The notes under the pieces: generated by a model
Databases searched by the model: none
What the model saw: only the letters and a program-made list of their open reading frames with translations
What the model was told of the DNA's origin: nothing
Source: Clostridia bacterium
GTDB taxonomy: Bacteria > Bacillota > Clostridia > Monoglobales > Monoglobaceae
Direction: 5' to 3'
Length of the DNA stretch: 64,000 bases
NCBI GenBank assembly: GCA_900769795.1
Contig: CAAGHZ010000001.1
Location: forward strand, 25,178-89,177
Made by a program: the position numbers and the translations under genes
Shown: piece by piece, positions 18,820 to 29,063 of the stretch
Numbering within the stretch: the stretch's first letter is position 1
How the letters are laid out: every line of letters starts with the position of its first letter

Positions 18820-19451
18820 TGAATATATGGATGCAATTACTTGAAGGATTTGGTACAAACTGTTTTTTGTTTTTAATAACACTTGTACTTTCAATCCCTC
18901 TTGGACTTTTAATAACATTATGTAGTATGTCAAAATGGGCACCTATTCGTATCATATCCAAAACATTTGTATGGATTATACGAGGAACCCCTCTTATGCT
19001 TCAGCTTTTTGTCGTTCTCTACGCACCGGGGCTTATATTTAACTACCCCATATCCTCGAGAATGACTGCGGCGATAATTGCATTTGTAATAAACTATGCG
19101 GCATACTTCTCCGAAATTTATCGTGGCGGAATCGAGAGCATTTCTGTGGGACAGTACGAAGCAGGACAAGTTCTTGGCCTTACGAAAACACAGGTTTTCT
19201 TTAAGGTTGTTCTGTTTCAGGTTGTAAAGCGCATCACACCATCTATGGGCAATGAGGTAATTACACTTGTAAAGGACAGTGCTCTTGCCCGCGTTATCGG
19301 TGTTACAGAGATTATTATGAATGCGCAACGTTTTGCATCAAAAGGAATAATATGGCCGCTTTTTGGAACAGGTCTTTACTTCCTTGCATTCACAGGAGTC
19401 CTTTCCCTTATTCTCTCTTATGTAGAGAAAAAGATAAATTACTTTGAGTAA
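18819..19451 (+). CDS. Amino-acid ABC transporter permease (HisM/GlnP type)
   Basis: 210 aa and multi-TM, with an EAA-like loop EAGQVLGLTKTQVFFKVVL. GGAGG lies 9 nt upstream. Confidence 0.9.
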   Translation: MNIWMQLLEGFGTNCFLFLITLVLSIPLGLLITLCSMSKWAPIRIISKTFVWIIRGTPLMLQLFVVLYAPGLIFNYPISSRMTAAIIAFVINYAAYFSEIYRGGIESISVGQYEAGQVLGLTKTQVFFKVVLFQVVKRITPSMGNEVITLVKDSALARVIGVTEIIMNAQRFASKGIIWPLFGTGLYFLAFTGVLSLILSYVEKKINYFE

Positions 19452-19463
19452 AGGGGTGGTAAT

Positions 19464-20249
19464 ATGTCTATACTTGAAATAAAAAACCTTTATAAAAGCT
19501 TTGGCAAAACAGAAGTCCTAAAGGGCGTCAACTTTTCTATGAACGAGGGCGAGGTTGTCTCGATAATAGGCTCTTCAGGTAGTGGCAAAACCACTCTCCT
19601 TCGTTGTACAAACTTTTTAGAGCGCGCCGATGAAGGTAAAATCTTCCTCGATGGCGAGCTTCTTCTTGATGCAGCAAGCGACAAAAAGATGTCTGCATCA
19701 GAACTTAGAAAAAAGCAACTTAACTTTGGTCTTGTTTTTCAGGACTTTAATTTGTTTCCACAGTACAATGTAATCGACAATGTTATGCTTGCGCCAAAAC
19801 TTTTGGCAAAAGAGCGACCCGACTTTAAGGAAAATAAAAAAGAAATATACGAAGAAATCCGCCAAAATGCAGAGAAAATTCTTGCACGTGTCGGACTTTC
19901 GGAAAAACTTGAAAATTACCCATGCGAGTTGTCAGGCGGACAAAAACAGCGTGTTTCTATCGCACGCGCTCTTGCACTTAAGCCAAGGATTTTGTTCTTT
20001 GATGAACCGACTTCCGCTCTCGACCCTGAGCTAACAGGCGAGATTCTCAAGGTTATACGCTCTCTCGCAGCTGAAAATGTTACTATGGTTATTGTTACCC
20101 ACGAGATTGATTTTGCCGCAAATGTCAGCGATAAGGTTATCTTTATGGCAGACGGTGTTGTGGTTGAATCAGGAACCCCCGACGAGGTAATATCAAACCC
20201 AAAATGTGAGCGCACTCGTTTGTTTTTACACAAACTTAACGATAAATAG
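19464..20249 (+). CDS. Amino-acid ABC transporter ATP-binding protein (GlnQ type)
   Basis: Walker A GSSGSGKTTLLR, signature LSGGQKQRVSIARAL and Walker B ILFFDEPTSALD. Confidence 0.95.
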   Translation: MSILEIKNLYKSFGKTEVLKGVNFSMNEGEVVSIIGSSGSGKTTLLRCTNFLERADEGKIFLDGELLLDAASDKKMSASELRKKQLNFGLVFQDFNLFPQYNVIDNVMLAPKLLAKERPDFKENKKEIYEEIRQNAEKILARVGLSEKLENYPCELSGGQKQRVSIARALALKPRILFFDEPTSALDPELTGEILKVIRSLAAENVTMVIVTHEIDFAANVSDKVIFMADGVVVESGTPDEVISNPKCERTRLFLHKLNDK

Positions 20250-20304
20250 ATTTTTTAGGTTTAAAAATATGTTAAATTTTTAACAACTATTTTTAAAAAA
20301 GTAC

Positions 20305-20333
20305 TTGTATATTTCTGCTTTATAAGGTAAAAT
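20305..20333 (+). promoter_or_regulatory. Candidate promoter for gapA
   Basis: TTGTAT, a 17-nt spacer, then TAAAAT. Confidence 0.45.
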
Positions 20334-20398
20334 ATACTATGTACGTATTTAACTTTGCAAAAGATAATTTCTAATATATATTCTAGGAGGTTTTTACT

Positions 20399-21409
20399 AT
20401 GTCAGTAAAAGTTGCTATTAATGGTTTTGGACGTATCGGTCGTTTGGCTTTCCGCCAGATGTTCGGTGCAGACGGCTACGAGGTAGTTGCAATCAACGAC
20501 CTTACAGATCCTAAGATGCTTGCTCATCTTCTCAAGTATGACTCTTCACAGGGCAGATACGATGGTCACACCGTAGAAGCTGCTGAGGGTGCAATCATTG
20601 TAGATGGCAAGAAAATCACAATCTACAGCGAGCCAAAAGCCGCTGATCTTCCTTGGGGAGAACTCGGCGTAGACGTTGTACTTGAGTGTACAGGTTTCTA
20701 CTGCTCAAAAGAAAAGTCACAGGCACACATCGATGCAGGTGCTAAGAAGGTAGTTATTTCTGCTCCGGCAGGCAATGACCTTAAGACTATCGTTTTCAGC
20801 GTAAACGAAGATACTCTTACAGCTGATGATACAATCATCTCTGCTGCATCATGTACAACAAACTGTCTTGCTCCTATGGCAAAGGCTCTTAACGACTACG
20901 CTCCTATCCAGACAGGTATCATGGCTACAATCCATGCTTACACAGGCGACCAGATGATTCTTGACGGTCCTCACAGAAAGGGCGACCTCAGACGTGCAAG
21001 AGCAGGCGCTGTAAACATCGTTCCTAACTCAACAGGTGCTGCAAAGGCTATCGGTCTTGTTATCCCTGAGCTCAACGGTAAGCTCATCGGTGCTGCACAG
21101 AGAGTTCCTGTTCCTACAGGTTCTACAACAATCCTTACAGCTGTTGTTAAGGGCAAGGATGTTACAAAGGACAGCATCAACGCTGCTATGAAGGCTGCAG
21201 CTTCTGAGTCATTTGGCTACAACGAAGACGAAATCGTATCTTCAGATATCATCGGTATCAGATACGGCTCACTCTTTGATGCTACTCAGACAATGGTTGC
21301 TCAGATTTCTGACGATCTTTATGAGGTTCAGGTTGTTTCCTGGTATGACAACGAGAACAGCTACACAAGTCAGATGGTTAGAACAATCAAATACTTTGCA
21401 GAACTCTAA
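20399..21409 (+). CDS. gapA: Type I glyceraldehyde-3-phosphate dehydrogenase
   Basis: Motif NGFGRIGR and active site [11 protein letters not shown] strong AGGAGG ribosome-binding site precedes it. Confidence 0.97.
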   Translation: MSVKVAINGFGRIGRLAFRQMFGADGYEVVAINDLTDPKMLAHLLKYDSSQGRYDGHTVEAAEGAIIVDGKKITIYSEPKAADLPWGELGVDVVLECTGFYCSKEKSQAHIDAGAKKVVISAPAGNDLKTIVFSVNEDTLTADDTIISAASCTTNCLAPMAKALNDYAPIQTGIMATIHAYTGDQMILDGPHRKGDLRRARAGAVNIVPNSTGAAKAIGLVIPELNGKLIGAAQRVPVPTGSTTILTAVVKGKDVTKDSINAAMKAAASESFGYNEDEIVSSDIIGIRYGSLFDATQTMVAQISDDLYEVQVVSWYDNENSYTSQMVRTIKYFAEL

Positions 21410-21424
21410 TCTGTATATTCAAAA

Positions 21425-21453
21425 GGCGGTGCCAATCGGCACCGCCTTTTTTT
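21425..21453. terminator. Bidirectional intrinsic terminator between convergent gapA and nth
   Basis: GGCGGTGCC, loop AATC, then GGCACCGCC. It is flanked by TTTTTTT on the plus strand and TTTT on the minus strand. Confidence 0.8.
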
Positions 21454-21509
21454 GCGGCAGGAGCAAGACCCTGTCCTACAATTGTTTATCATTATTCTTC
21501 TTTGTAGGG

Positions 21510-21527
21510 GCGGATGCCCACATCCGC
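21510..21527. other. GC-rich 7-bp hairpin (GCGGATG-CCCA-CATCCGC) in the gapA/nth spacer
   Basis: A perfect stem seen directly in the sequence. No U-tract follows on either strand. Only one copy occurs in this window. Confidence 0.6.
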
Positions 21528-21538
21528 TCGAAACCTTT

Positions 21539-22189
21539 TTACACTCCAACTTTTGGGCAGATATGGTTGATTGGGCAAACGTCACACTTTGGGCCTCTTG
21601 CCATACAATACTCACGTCCGTGATAGACAAGACAATGACAAAACTGCGACCAATCTTTAGGTGGCAAGAGTTTTTGTAAATCAATCTCTATCTTATACGG
21701 ATCGGTATTTTTTGTCAGTCCCATTCTGTTTGACAGTCTCGTTGCGTGGGTGTCCACCACAACCCCGGGTATACCATAAAAATCGCCAAGCACAAGATTG
21801 GCAGTCTTTCTGCCCACCCCCGGCAACTTTAAAAGTTCTTCCATTGTTTTTGGCACCTCGCCGCCATACTCCTCTATCAACATACGGCAGCATCCTATTA
21901 TATTTTTTGCCTTATTGCGATAAAACCCTGTGGAGCGAATATCCTCTCTCAGTTCAAGTTCATCTGCATTTGCAAAGGCATATACATCAGGATATTTTGC
22001 AAAAAGGGCAGGGGTCACCATATTCACTCTTGCGTCGGTGCACTGTGCCGCAAGCTGCGTCGCAATAAGCAGCTGCAAAGCGTTGTCGTATTCAAGGGTA
22101 CAATCAGCATCGCTGTATACCACATTAAAAACCCTGTTTATTTCCGTTGCTCTTTCTCTTTTTGCCGTCAAACTCTCCCTCATACACAA
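21539..22189 (-). CDS. nth: Endonuclease III
   Basis: HhH motif LPGVGRKTANLVL and the 4Fe-4S cluster loop CMARGPKCDVCPINHIC. Confidence 0.95.
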   Translation of the reverse strand: MCMRESLTAKRERATEINRVFNVVYSDADCTLEYDNALQLLIATQLAAQCTDARVNMVTPALFAKYPDVYAFANADELELREDIRSTGFYRNKAKNIIGCCRMLIEEYGGEVPKTMEELLKLPGVGRKTANLVLGDFYGIPGVVVDTHATRLSNRMGLTKNTDPYKIEIDLQKLLPPKDWSQFCHCLVYHGREYCMARGPKCDVCPINHICPKVGV

Positions 22190-22237
22190 TCTTTCCTCTC
22201 AATTTACTGTATATATAGACAAACTTTTAAATTACTA

Positions 22238-22266
22238 TTGCAAAACTACCTATAATCAATTATAAT
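22238..22266 (+). promoter_or_regulatory. Sigma-A-type promoter for glyA
   Basis: TTGCAA, a 17-nt spacer, then TATAAT. Confidence 0.55.
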
Positions 22267-22320
22267 ATTAAATGAGATAATTTGCAATAATTAAAATTTC
22301 ATATAAACGGAGGATACACA

Positions 22321-23559
22321 ATGTTCGAACTTGAAAACATCAAAAAATACGATCCTGAGGTAGCCGAGGCTATCAACAAGGAAATTAACAGACAACGCGG
22401 CAAAATAGAACTGATCGCCTCAGAAAACTTTGTCAGCCCTGCAGTTATGGAGGCAATGGGAACTCCTCTCACCAATAAGTATGCAGAGGGATATCCCGGC
22501 AAACGCTACTACGGTGGTTGCGAGTATGTTGACATTGTAGAAGATTTGGCAAGAGACCGCGCCAAGGAACTCTTTGGGGCAGAATTTGCAAATGTTCAGC
22601 CACACTCAGGTGCATCTGCAAACCTTGCAGTTTTCTTTGCGGCTATGGAGCCGGGCGACACATACCTTGGTATGAATCTTGCACACGGCGGACACCTGAG
22701 CCATGGTTCACCTGTAAATATTTCAGGCAAGTACTTTAACGTTGTTCCCTATGGCGTAAACGCCGAGACACATATGATAGACTATGACGAGGTAAGACGT
22801 CTTGCCCACGAGAATAAGCCAAAACTTATTTTGGCAGGTGCAAGCGCTTATGCCCGCGAAATTGACTTTGCAAAATTCCGCGAAATCGCTGACGAGGTTG
22901 GCGCATATCTTATGGTTGATATGGCACACATCGCAGGTCTTGTCGCTGCAGGTCTTCACCAGAGCCCTGTACCTTACGCAGACTTTGTAACAACCACAAC
23001 CCACAAAACATTGAGAGGTCCAAGAGGCGGCCTTATCCTCTGCAAAGAAGAATATGGTGCAATGATTAACAAGGCTGTATTCCCCGGATGTCAGGGCGGA
23101 CCTTTGATGCACGTAATTGCCGGCAAGGCAGTATGTCTTAAAGAAGCTCTCTCACCTGAGTTTAAAGCATACCAGACTCAGGTTAAGACAAACGCTGCAA
23201 AACTTGCAGCCGAGCTTATGGCAAGAGATATCGACATCGTATCAGGCGGCACAGACAACCACCTTATGCTTGTAAGCCTCTTAAAGCAGGACAAAACAGG
23301 CAAAGAGGTTGAAGCAAATCTTGATAAGGTTGGCATCACCTGTAACAAGAACACAATCCCCAACGACCCCAAGAGCCCCTTTGTTACAAGCGGCGTAAGA
23401 CTTGGTACCCCTGCGGTTACAACAAGAGGATTTAAAGAAGAAGATATGACAGAGGTTGCTGATTTGATTTCTATGGTAATCAAAGACTTTGACGGCAACT
23501 GCGATGAGGTTGCTGACCGCGTCCAGGCTCTCTGCAAAAAGCATCCGCTTTATGAATAA
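22321..23559 (+). CDS. glyA: Serine hydroxymethyltransferase
   Basis: PLP-lysine motif [15 protein letters not shown]. Confidence 0.97.
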   Translation: MFELENIKKYDPEVAEAINKEINRQRGKIELIASENFVSPAVMEAMGTPLTNKYAEGYPGKRYYGGCEYVDIVEDLARDRAKELFGAEFANVQPHSGASANLAVFFAAMEPGDTYLGMNLAHGGHLSHGSPVNISGKYFNVVPYGVNAETHMIDYDEVRRLAHENKPKLILAGASAYAREIDFAKFREIADEVGAYLMVDMAHIAGLVAAGLHQSPVPYADFVTTTTHKTLRGPRGGLILCKEEYGAMINKAVFPGCQGGPLMHVIAGKAVCLKEALSPEFKAYQTQVKTNAAKLAAELMARDIDIVSGGTDNHLMLVSLLKQDKTGKEVEANLDKVGITCNKNTIPNDPKSPFVTSGVRLGTPAVTTRGFKEEDMTEVADLISMVIKDFDGNCDEVADRVQALCKKHPLYE

Positions 23560-24832
23560 GCCACTTGCAGACAGAATTCGCCCCACCTGCCTTGACGATG
23601 TTGCAGGTCAACGCCACATCCTCGGCAAAGGGCGAATTTTAAGAAACATAATAGAGAGCGGAAAAATCCCGTGTATGATTTTCTACGGTCCGTCAGGCAC
23701 AGGTAAGACGACTGTTGCAAACATTGCAGCATCTATCAGCAACCGCCCCCTCTATCGCCTCAATGCAACAAATGCATCGGTTGCCGATATAAAGGCGATT
23801 GTAAAAGAGAGCGAAGGTCTGTTCGGTCAGGAAGGCGTTCTTCTGTACCTTGACGAGATACAGAACTTTAACAAAAAGCAGCAGCAATCGCTGCTTGAGT
23901 ACACAGAGAATGGCAAGATAACCCTGATTGCAAGCACAACCGAAAATCCTTACTTCTATGTTTATAATGCGATTCTCAGCAGAAGTACGGTTTTTGAGTT
24001 CCGCCCTCTTACAAATGCAGATATATGCGATGTACTCAGGCGTGCAATTAAGATTCTTCAAGATGAAGATTTTCACAAAGATTCTCTTGTTTCCGAGGAG
24101 GATTTCCTCTTTGCCATTGCAGAAAAATCAGGCGGTGATGTAAGGCGTGCGCTTAACTCTCTTGAACTTGCTGTATGCTATACCGCCCCCAATGCCGGTG
24201 GCAAGATTGTTCTCACCCCCGAGGTTGCAGAACAATGCACCCAAAAGAAAGTCTTTCAGTATGATAAAATGGGCGACAGCCACTACGACATACTCAGCGC
24301 CTTTCAAAAATCAATAAGGGGCAGCGACCCCGATGCGGCGGTGCACTACCTTGCAAGACTTGTGGCGGCTGATGATATTCAGTCAATTTGCAGACGGCTT
24401 ATGGTCATAGCCTGTGAGGATGTAGGCCTTGCCTACCCAAGCGCAATAACTATTGTAAAGTCCTGTGTGGACAGTGCGCTTATGCTTGGTTTCCCCGAGG
24501 CAAGAATACCTCTCGCTCATGCGACCGTATTGCTTGCCACTGCTCCCAAGTCAAACTCTGCCTATATGGCAATTAACTCTGCTCTTTATGATATAGAGCA
24601 TATTGATACAGGCTCAATCCCGAGACAACTGCAGAATATGCATCTTGATGGCGAGGGAGATTTGCCAAAAGGACAGAACTATCTCTATCCCCACGACTAT
24701 CCAAATCACTATGTTGAGCAACAATATCTGCCCGACAAGATAAAAGACAAGGTATACTATACTGCCGGCAACAATAAGGCAGAGCAAAACGCAAAAGAAT
24801 ATTGGGACAACATCAAAAAGGGCAACCGATAA
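23552..24832 (+). CDS. rarA: Replication-associated recombination protein A (AAA+ ATPase)
   Basis: Walker [12 protein letters not shown] and the MgsA C-terminal motif [17 protein letters not shown]. The ATG at 23552 overlaps the glyA stop (ATGAATAA). The track start at 23489 lies inside glyA. Confidence 0.93.
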   Translation: MNKPLADRIRPTCLDDVAGQRHILGKGRILRNIIESGKIPCMIFYGPSGTGKTTVANIAASISNRPLYRLNATNASVADIKAIVKESEGLFGQEGVLLYLDEIQNFNKKQQQSLLEYTENGKITLIASTTENPYFYVYNAILSRSTVFEFRPLTNADICDVLRRAIKILQDEDFHKDSLVSEEDFLFAIAEKSGGDVRRALNSLELAVCYTAPNAGGKIVLTPEVAEQCTQKKVFQYDKMGDSHYDILSAFQKSIRGSDPDAAVHYLARLVAADDIQSICRRLMVIACEDVGLAYPSAITIVKSCVDSALMLGFPEARIPLAHATVLLATAPKSNSAYMAINSALYDIEHIDTGSIPRQLQNMHLDGEGDLPKGQNYLYPHDYPNHYVEQQYLPDKIKDKVYYTAGNNKAEQNAKEYWDNIKKGNR

Positions 24833-24845
24833 GGCTGCCCTTTTT
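24816..24845. terminator. Possible bidirectional terminator between rarA and the S4-domain gene
   Basis: AAAAGGGCA, an 11-nt loop, then TGCCCTTTT. It overlaps the rarA stop. The large loop keeps confidence low. Confidence 0.4.
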
Positions 24846-24850
24846 AAACT

Positions 24851-25093
24851 TTATTCTACTGCTTCGTACATTCCTCTTGCATCGTCCTTAAAGGCGGTGT
24901 CTTTTACCTCTAAGACACGTACCGTAAGGGGTCTTGCACCGAACAAGATGGTAATCTCGTCCCCTACCTTTACATCATAGGATGCTCTTGCGACCTTTCC
25001 ATTTACGCTGACACGTCCGCCGTCGCAGGCTTCGTTGGCAACGGTTCTTCTCTTTATCAGTCTTGAAACCTTTAAATATTTATCAAGTCTCAT
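24851..25093 (-). CDS. S4-domain RNA-binding protein (YabO/Hsp15-like)
   Basis: 80 aa. [22 protein letters not shown] is a typical S4 domain. It follows mazG as yabO does in Bacillus, with an ATGA overlap. Confidence 0.8.
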   Translation of the reverse strand: MRLDKYLKVSRLIKRRTVANEACDGGRVSVNGKVARASYDVKVGDEITILFGARPLTVRVLEVKDTAFKDDARGMYEAVE

Positions 25094-25755
25094 TTCTTAC
25101 TCTCCTCAAACTTTTCAAATTCATCAATATACTTTCTTAAATATCCCGACAGAGCCACCTCTGCATCTATATCATACTTGTTACATGCTGATATAACCTC
25201 AAAAAGCAGTTTGCCAAATTCCTCCTCTGTCTTTGCACCAACCTCTGCATCTATTCGCTCATATCCGTTCTTTACTGCCTTTTTCTCTACCTTTTGGGCA
25301 CGCATAAGGGATGGCAAATATGCAGAAACCCCGCGCATCTCGTCAGCGATTGTACCCTGTTCCCTGTCTGCCCTCTTTATGGCATCCCAATTTTTAATAA
25401 CCGCCTCGCTGTTTTCTACCTCTACATTCCCAAATACATGAGGGTGACGATGTATTAACTTGCGGCAGATTGCATCTGTTACATCTTCCATCTCATACTC
25501 TCCGTCATCCTTTGCAATCTGTGCATGAAGCACTACCTGAAGAAGCACATCTCCGCTCTCATCAGCTATCTTTTCTGCTCTTTTGCCGTCTATTGCCTCA
25601 ACAAGTTCATACGCCTCTTCTATCATGCTCTTGCGTATACTCTCGTGGGTTTGCTCCATATCCCACGGGCAACCGCCCGGCGCACGAAGTTTTGCGACTA
25701 TGTCTACAAGTTCTTCAAATGTGTATTTTCCATCTTTATATTTCATTTGTATCAC
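25090..25755 (-). CDS. mazG: MazG-family nucleoside triphosphate pyrophosphohydrolase
   Basis: 221 aa. Motifs [10 protein letters not shown] and [11 protein letters not shown]. There is no N-terminal methylase domain, unlike B. subtilis YabN. Confidence 0.9.
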   Translation of the reverse strand: MIQMKYKDGKYTFEELVDIVAKLRAPGGCPWDMEQTHESIRKSMIEEAYELVEAIDGKRAEKIADESGDVLLQVVLHAQIAKDDGEYEMEDVTDAICRKLIHRHPHVFGNVEVENSEAVIKNWDAIKRADREQGTIADEMRGVSAYLPSLMRAQKVEKKAVKNGYERIDAEVGAKTEEEFGKLLFEVISACNKYDIDAEVALSGYLRKYIDEFEKFEESKK

Positions 25756-25766
25756 CTTTTCTGTAC

Positions 25767-27503
25767 CTATTTAATTAACTTATATCTCTCAAGTATTCCT
25801 GCAATTTTCTGGCCCTTTGGCAGCATCATTATATCTTCTTTTTTAACTGCCGAAATTGCAAACACCGCTATTGTATAAACTATTGCACAAACAGCAATTT
25901 CTGCAAGGCACATTACCTTACCGATTGGCAGGAATGTAGACATTACAAATCCTGCCCCACCCATGATTAACGCTGCAAGTATGGGCTTGATCACAAAACT
26001 GTTCCATTTAAACTCTATTCCCGCTACCTTGATTATTGATATAACATTTAAAACCGCTATAATTAAATAGCATACACCCGTACCAACAGGTGCGCCGTCT
26101 ATCCCAAGATATGGTATGCAAAGATAGTTGACCATAATCTTTACCACTCCGCCTATAACCATATGTATAACGGGCTTATACACCTTGCCGTAGGCTTGCA
26201 GAATTGCGTTGGAAACCTGAACGATACCCACAGGAATAATCGCAAGGGACAATATCTTTAAAACTGTATGGGCGTTATAATCGCCAAAAAGAAAACTCAG
26301 TATCTCTTTTGACAAGACCGCCATACCTATAGCACAAGGTGCTGCAAACAAAACTGCAATTCTGATCGTACTCTCGGTAATCGTCTTTGCATCTACCCTC
26401 TTTGCTCTTGCAACTGCCGCAGATATAGCAGGTACAAAACTTGTACCAAGTGCCACAACCAATGTCAGCGGAAGATTAAACATAGTCAGCGCCTTGCCTG
26501 TATACATGCCATAGAGAGTCGCTGCTTTTTGCGTTAAGAGCTCTGCTCCGCTCCACCCCTCCGTCACCATCTTTTCAAAGAAAGAAGTTCCTCTCTCAAA
26601 CATATGAGCATATGCGTCAAAAACCTCAGGACGTATTACAAGACGATGGCTGATTGTACCCATATCAATAAGTGTGGTAAGACTTGAAACCGATGCACCA
26701 ATTGTGATGGGTATTGCAATTTTAACAAGTTCTTTAAGAATTGTTTTGCTGTTTCTTGGTTCTATACCATCAGAAACCACTTGCTTCTTTCTTCTGTTCC
26801 CAATGTATATAACGCTCAATAGCAGACAAGACAAAAGCGTTCCGACTGTTACACCGAAAATCGCACCTGCCGAGGCAAATACAGTTTGAGTATGAGGTGA
26901 ATTTACTTCCTTTGCGCCAAAATCAACAAGTCCTCCGAGCGCCCCATTGACAGTCATACTCATAAAAATCCATGCGCCCGCAAGACCGATGAGCATCTTG
27001 CCCGTAGATTCTATAACCTCACTGAATGCGGTTGGATACATATTCTGTCTACCCTGAAAATATCCGCGATACGCTGAGGTCATCGCCACAAAGAATACCG
27101 CCGGTGCTATGGCAGTTATACCAAGAGTTGCATCGGGGATTCCTACGAGGGTTGCAAGCTTATCCGCAAATATAAACATAATAAGCGTGCCGATAAGACC
27201 GACTACCGCCAAAAATCCAAAGGCAACCCTGAAAATCTTACGCGACTCTTTCTCTGCCCCTTTTGCAGCACTCTCTGATACCATCTTGGAAATCGCAACA
27301 GGAAATCCCGCCGTCGCAATAATAAACATAAACGTATATATTTGATAAGCAACATTAAAATAGCCGCTACCATCATCCCCAATGAGGTTTATTAGCGGAA
27401 CCTTAAAAAATGCACCTATAATTTTTACAATCAAATTTGCAAGGCCAAGTACAAGCGCTCCTTTTACAAAGCTCTGTCCTTTGCTTTTAATATTTTCAGA
27501 CAT
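25767..27503 (-). CDS. MOP-superfamily polysaccharide/lipid II flippase (SpoVB/YabM-like)
   Basis: 578 aa and about 14 hydrophobic segments. Its position next to mazG/yabO mirrors B. subtilis yabM. Confidence 0.75.
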   Translation of the reverse strand: MSENIKSKGQSFVKGALVLGLANLIVKIIGAFFKVPLINLIGDDGSGYFNVAYQIYTFMFIIATAGFPVAISKMVSESAAKGAEKESRKIFRVAFGFLAVVGLIGTLIMFIFADKLATLVGIPDATLGITAIAPAVFFVAMTSAYRGYFQGRQNMYPTAFSEVIESTGKMLIGLAGAWIFMSMTVNGALGGLVDFGAKEVNSPHTQTVFASAGAIFGVTVGTLLSCLLLSVIYIGNRRKKQVVSDGIEPRNSKTILKELVKIAIPITIGASVSSLTTLIDMGTISHRLVIRPEVFDAYAHMFERGTSFFEKMVTEGWSGAELLTQKAATLYGMYTGKALTMFNLPLTLVVALGTSFVPAISAAVARAKRVDAKTITESTIRIAVLFAAPCAIGMAVLSKEILSFLFGDYNAHTVLKILSLAIIPVGIVQVSNAILQAYGKVYKPVIHMVIGGVVKIMVNYLCIPYLGIDGAPVGTGVCYLIIAVLNVISIIKVAGIEFKWNSFVIKPILAALIMGGAGFVMSTFLPIGKVMCLAEIAVCAIVYTIAVFAISAVKKEDIMMLPKGQKIAGILERYKLIK

Positions 27504-27660
27504 TTAACCACCTCGTATACTACCAATCACCGCATAATTGTTAATTACTACAAGTATACACTACTTTATTGAAAAAAACAACCAAAACACCATAAATTTT
27601 TTGTGACATAGCGGTTACAGATACCAAGTGTGCTACACCTACACATGTCATAGCAGAAAG

Positions 27661-27693
27661 ATAAAGCGAGGTATATTATACCTCGCTTTATTT
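27661..27693 (-). terminator. Intrinsic terminator after the acyltransferase gene
   Basis: AAAGCGAGGTATA/TATACCTCGCTTT hairpin, followed on the minus strand by TTTATCTTT. Confidence 0.6.
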
Positions 27694-27734
27694 ACAGTTA
27701 TTAAACACGGCCTAGAACTATTATTTCGTCTTTT

Positions 27735-28805
27735 TTATTGATGCCTTTTTGTGCGACCACCCAGAAATATCGCATAAACCCCGGGCAGAAACTTCTCAAG
27801 AAAGGCACATGCACCATTTATGATTACAATTGTAAGAACAACCATAACCATAAACTTAGGAATCTCCAGCCACTCATTTTGCGGCGCGAAGAAAGAAAGT
27901 ACTTTAAGTATAATTATTGCAATATTGAGATGCATTGCATAAATAGCAAATGAACGGCGATAAATTGCTCTTGGTTTAATTCGCTCAATAAAAATATCTA
28001 CCACGTTCCACAAAGCAAATGATGCAAGGGTATATACGATAGTCTCTATTAAATAATTACTGATATGTAATCCTTGCGGAACTATATTCTTCGCGAAAAT
28101 ATATGCACAAAGCAACACAACAGACACAATTTGCATTGGCTTTGACGATTTGTTTGAAGCAAAATCAAAGAAATGATAACCGATAATTGCCCCTATTAAA
28201 TAAAAAACGATTGACATGGGATAATAAAATACATCCGTCGGAATGTAAAAACCAAACAAAGATACTATGGACAAACATATAATCGTAGTTATACCAATAT
28301 ACTTATTTCGGATAAACACAAACAACAAAGGTGCCGCAAGGGAAAATATAATTATATCAAATATAAACCAAAACGGCATATTGCTCCCATAGAAGAAAAT
28401 ACCTTTTAGTATACTTACAGGCGTCAAAGGATATGGCTCGCTTATTGCAGAAAATTTTGAAACAAAGGAGTAGGAGCACAAAATATCCCAAAGCATCCAT
28501 ACGGCATTCCAAAGCAAATAGGGTATAATCAGAGTATATACTCTGGATTTGATTTTCCTCAGGTATTTTTTGTTGCTATAATCTTTAAAAAAAGATATTC
28601 CCGACAACATAAAAAACATAGGGACCGCAAATTGTGTAATGGATCGCGAGAAAAAATAGGATGTTTTATGATTAACAACAGAAATAAAGTTATCACTCAC
28701 GCATTCCTGAGCAAAATATGAATGGATAAATAACACAAGAATACTTAATAAAAAAGAGATAAACTCTTTCTTCTTCCAGAAATTTGTTTCACTTTTATCG
28801 TTCAT
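27735..28805 (-). CDS. Acyltransferase family 3 integral membrane protein
   Basis: 356 aa and about 10 TM segments. VLFIHS near the N-terminus and VPMFFMLSGISFF resemble Acyl_transf_3 motifs. The gene is AT-rich by eye. Confidence 0.6.
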   Translation of the reverse strand: MNDKSETNFWKKKEFISFLLSILVLFIHSYFAQECVSDNFISVVNHKTSYFFSRSITQFAVPMFFMLSGISFFKDYSNKKYLRKIKSRVYTLIIPYLLWNAVWMLWDILCSYSFVSKFSAISEPYPLTPVSILKGIFFYGSNMPFWFIFDIIIFSLAAPLLFVFIRNKYIGITTIICLSIVSLFGFYIPTDVFYYPMSIVFYLIGAIIGYHFFDFASNKSSKPMQIVSVVLLCAYIFAKNIVPQGLHISNYLIETIVYTLASFALWNVVDIFIERIKPRAIYRRSFAIYAMHLNIAIIILKVLSFFAPQNEWLEIPKFMVMVVLTIVIINGACAFLEKFLPGVYAIFLGGRTKRHQ

Positions 28806-28834
28806 TTTTAGTCACCTCAGGTTTTTATTGGATA

Positions 28835-28863
28835 ATTATATCATATATGTGGTAAAAAGTAAA
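28835..28863 (-). promoter_or_regulatory. Promoter of the acyltransferase gene
   Basis: On the minus strand: TTTACT, a 17-nt spacer, then TG-A-TATAAT. Confidence 0.5.
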
Positions 28864-28933
28864 TCCCACCATTTTCCTTACATAAAAATTCCTTGATTGC
28901 ACAAAATACATTTATAAAATTAATCAAAGCAAA

Positions 28934-29040
28934 GCCTCCATCACCTAGAGGGAGGGGGACCGCTTGCGGTGGAGGGATTTTGAAAAATCAGCAATCCCCC
29001 AGTCGCCTTACGGTGCCAGTCCCATTTAGGCAAGTGGGTC
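28934..29040. repeat. Inverted dimer of the double-hairpin repeat family (both halves back to back), filling the spoVT leader
   Basis: The left half AAGCCTCC..AGAGGGAG..ACCGCTTGCGGT..GGAGGGATT parallels copy 1. The right half CAGCAATCCCCCAGTC..CAGTCCCATTTAGGCAAGTGGGTCTT parallels copy 2. GGGATT and AATCCC pair across a 13-nt loop. Confidence 0.7.
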
Positions 29041-29063
29041 TTAATTATCAAAGGAGTATCAAA

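Noticed and set aside
20364-20391. A dif-like site. The reverse complement reads ACCTCCTAGAA-TATATA-TTAGAAATTAT. Against the B. subtilis dif (ACTTCCTAGAA-TATATA-TTATGTAAACT) it matches 10/11 in one arm and has an identical central hexamer.
   Set aside because: The other arm, normally the better conserved XerD side, matches only 5/11. The good arm is simply the gapA AGGAGG ribosome-binding site plus AT-rich leader. There is no other sign of a replication terminus here.
21510-21527. Reading the GCGGATG/CATCCGC hairpin as the nth terminator.
   Set aside because: No U-tract follows it on the minus strand. The gapA hairpin at 21425-21453 has T-runs on both sides and serves both genes better.
28893-29063. 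A 57-aa N-terminal extension of the spoVT ORF in the track (MIAQNTF...PSPRGRGTACGGG...).
   Set aside because: It is a read-through translation of the intergenic repeat. SpoVT homologs start at MKATGIV, and that ATG has an AAAGGAG ribosome-binding site.
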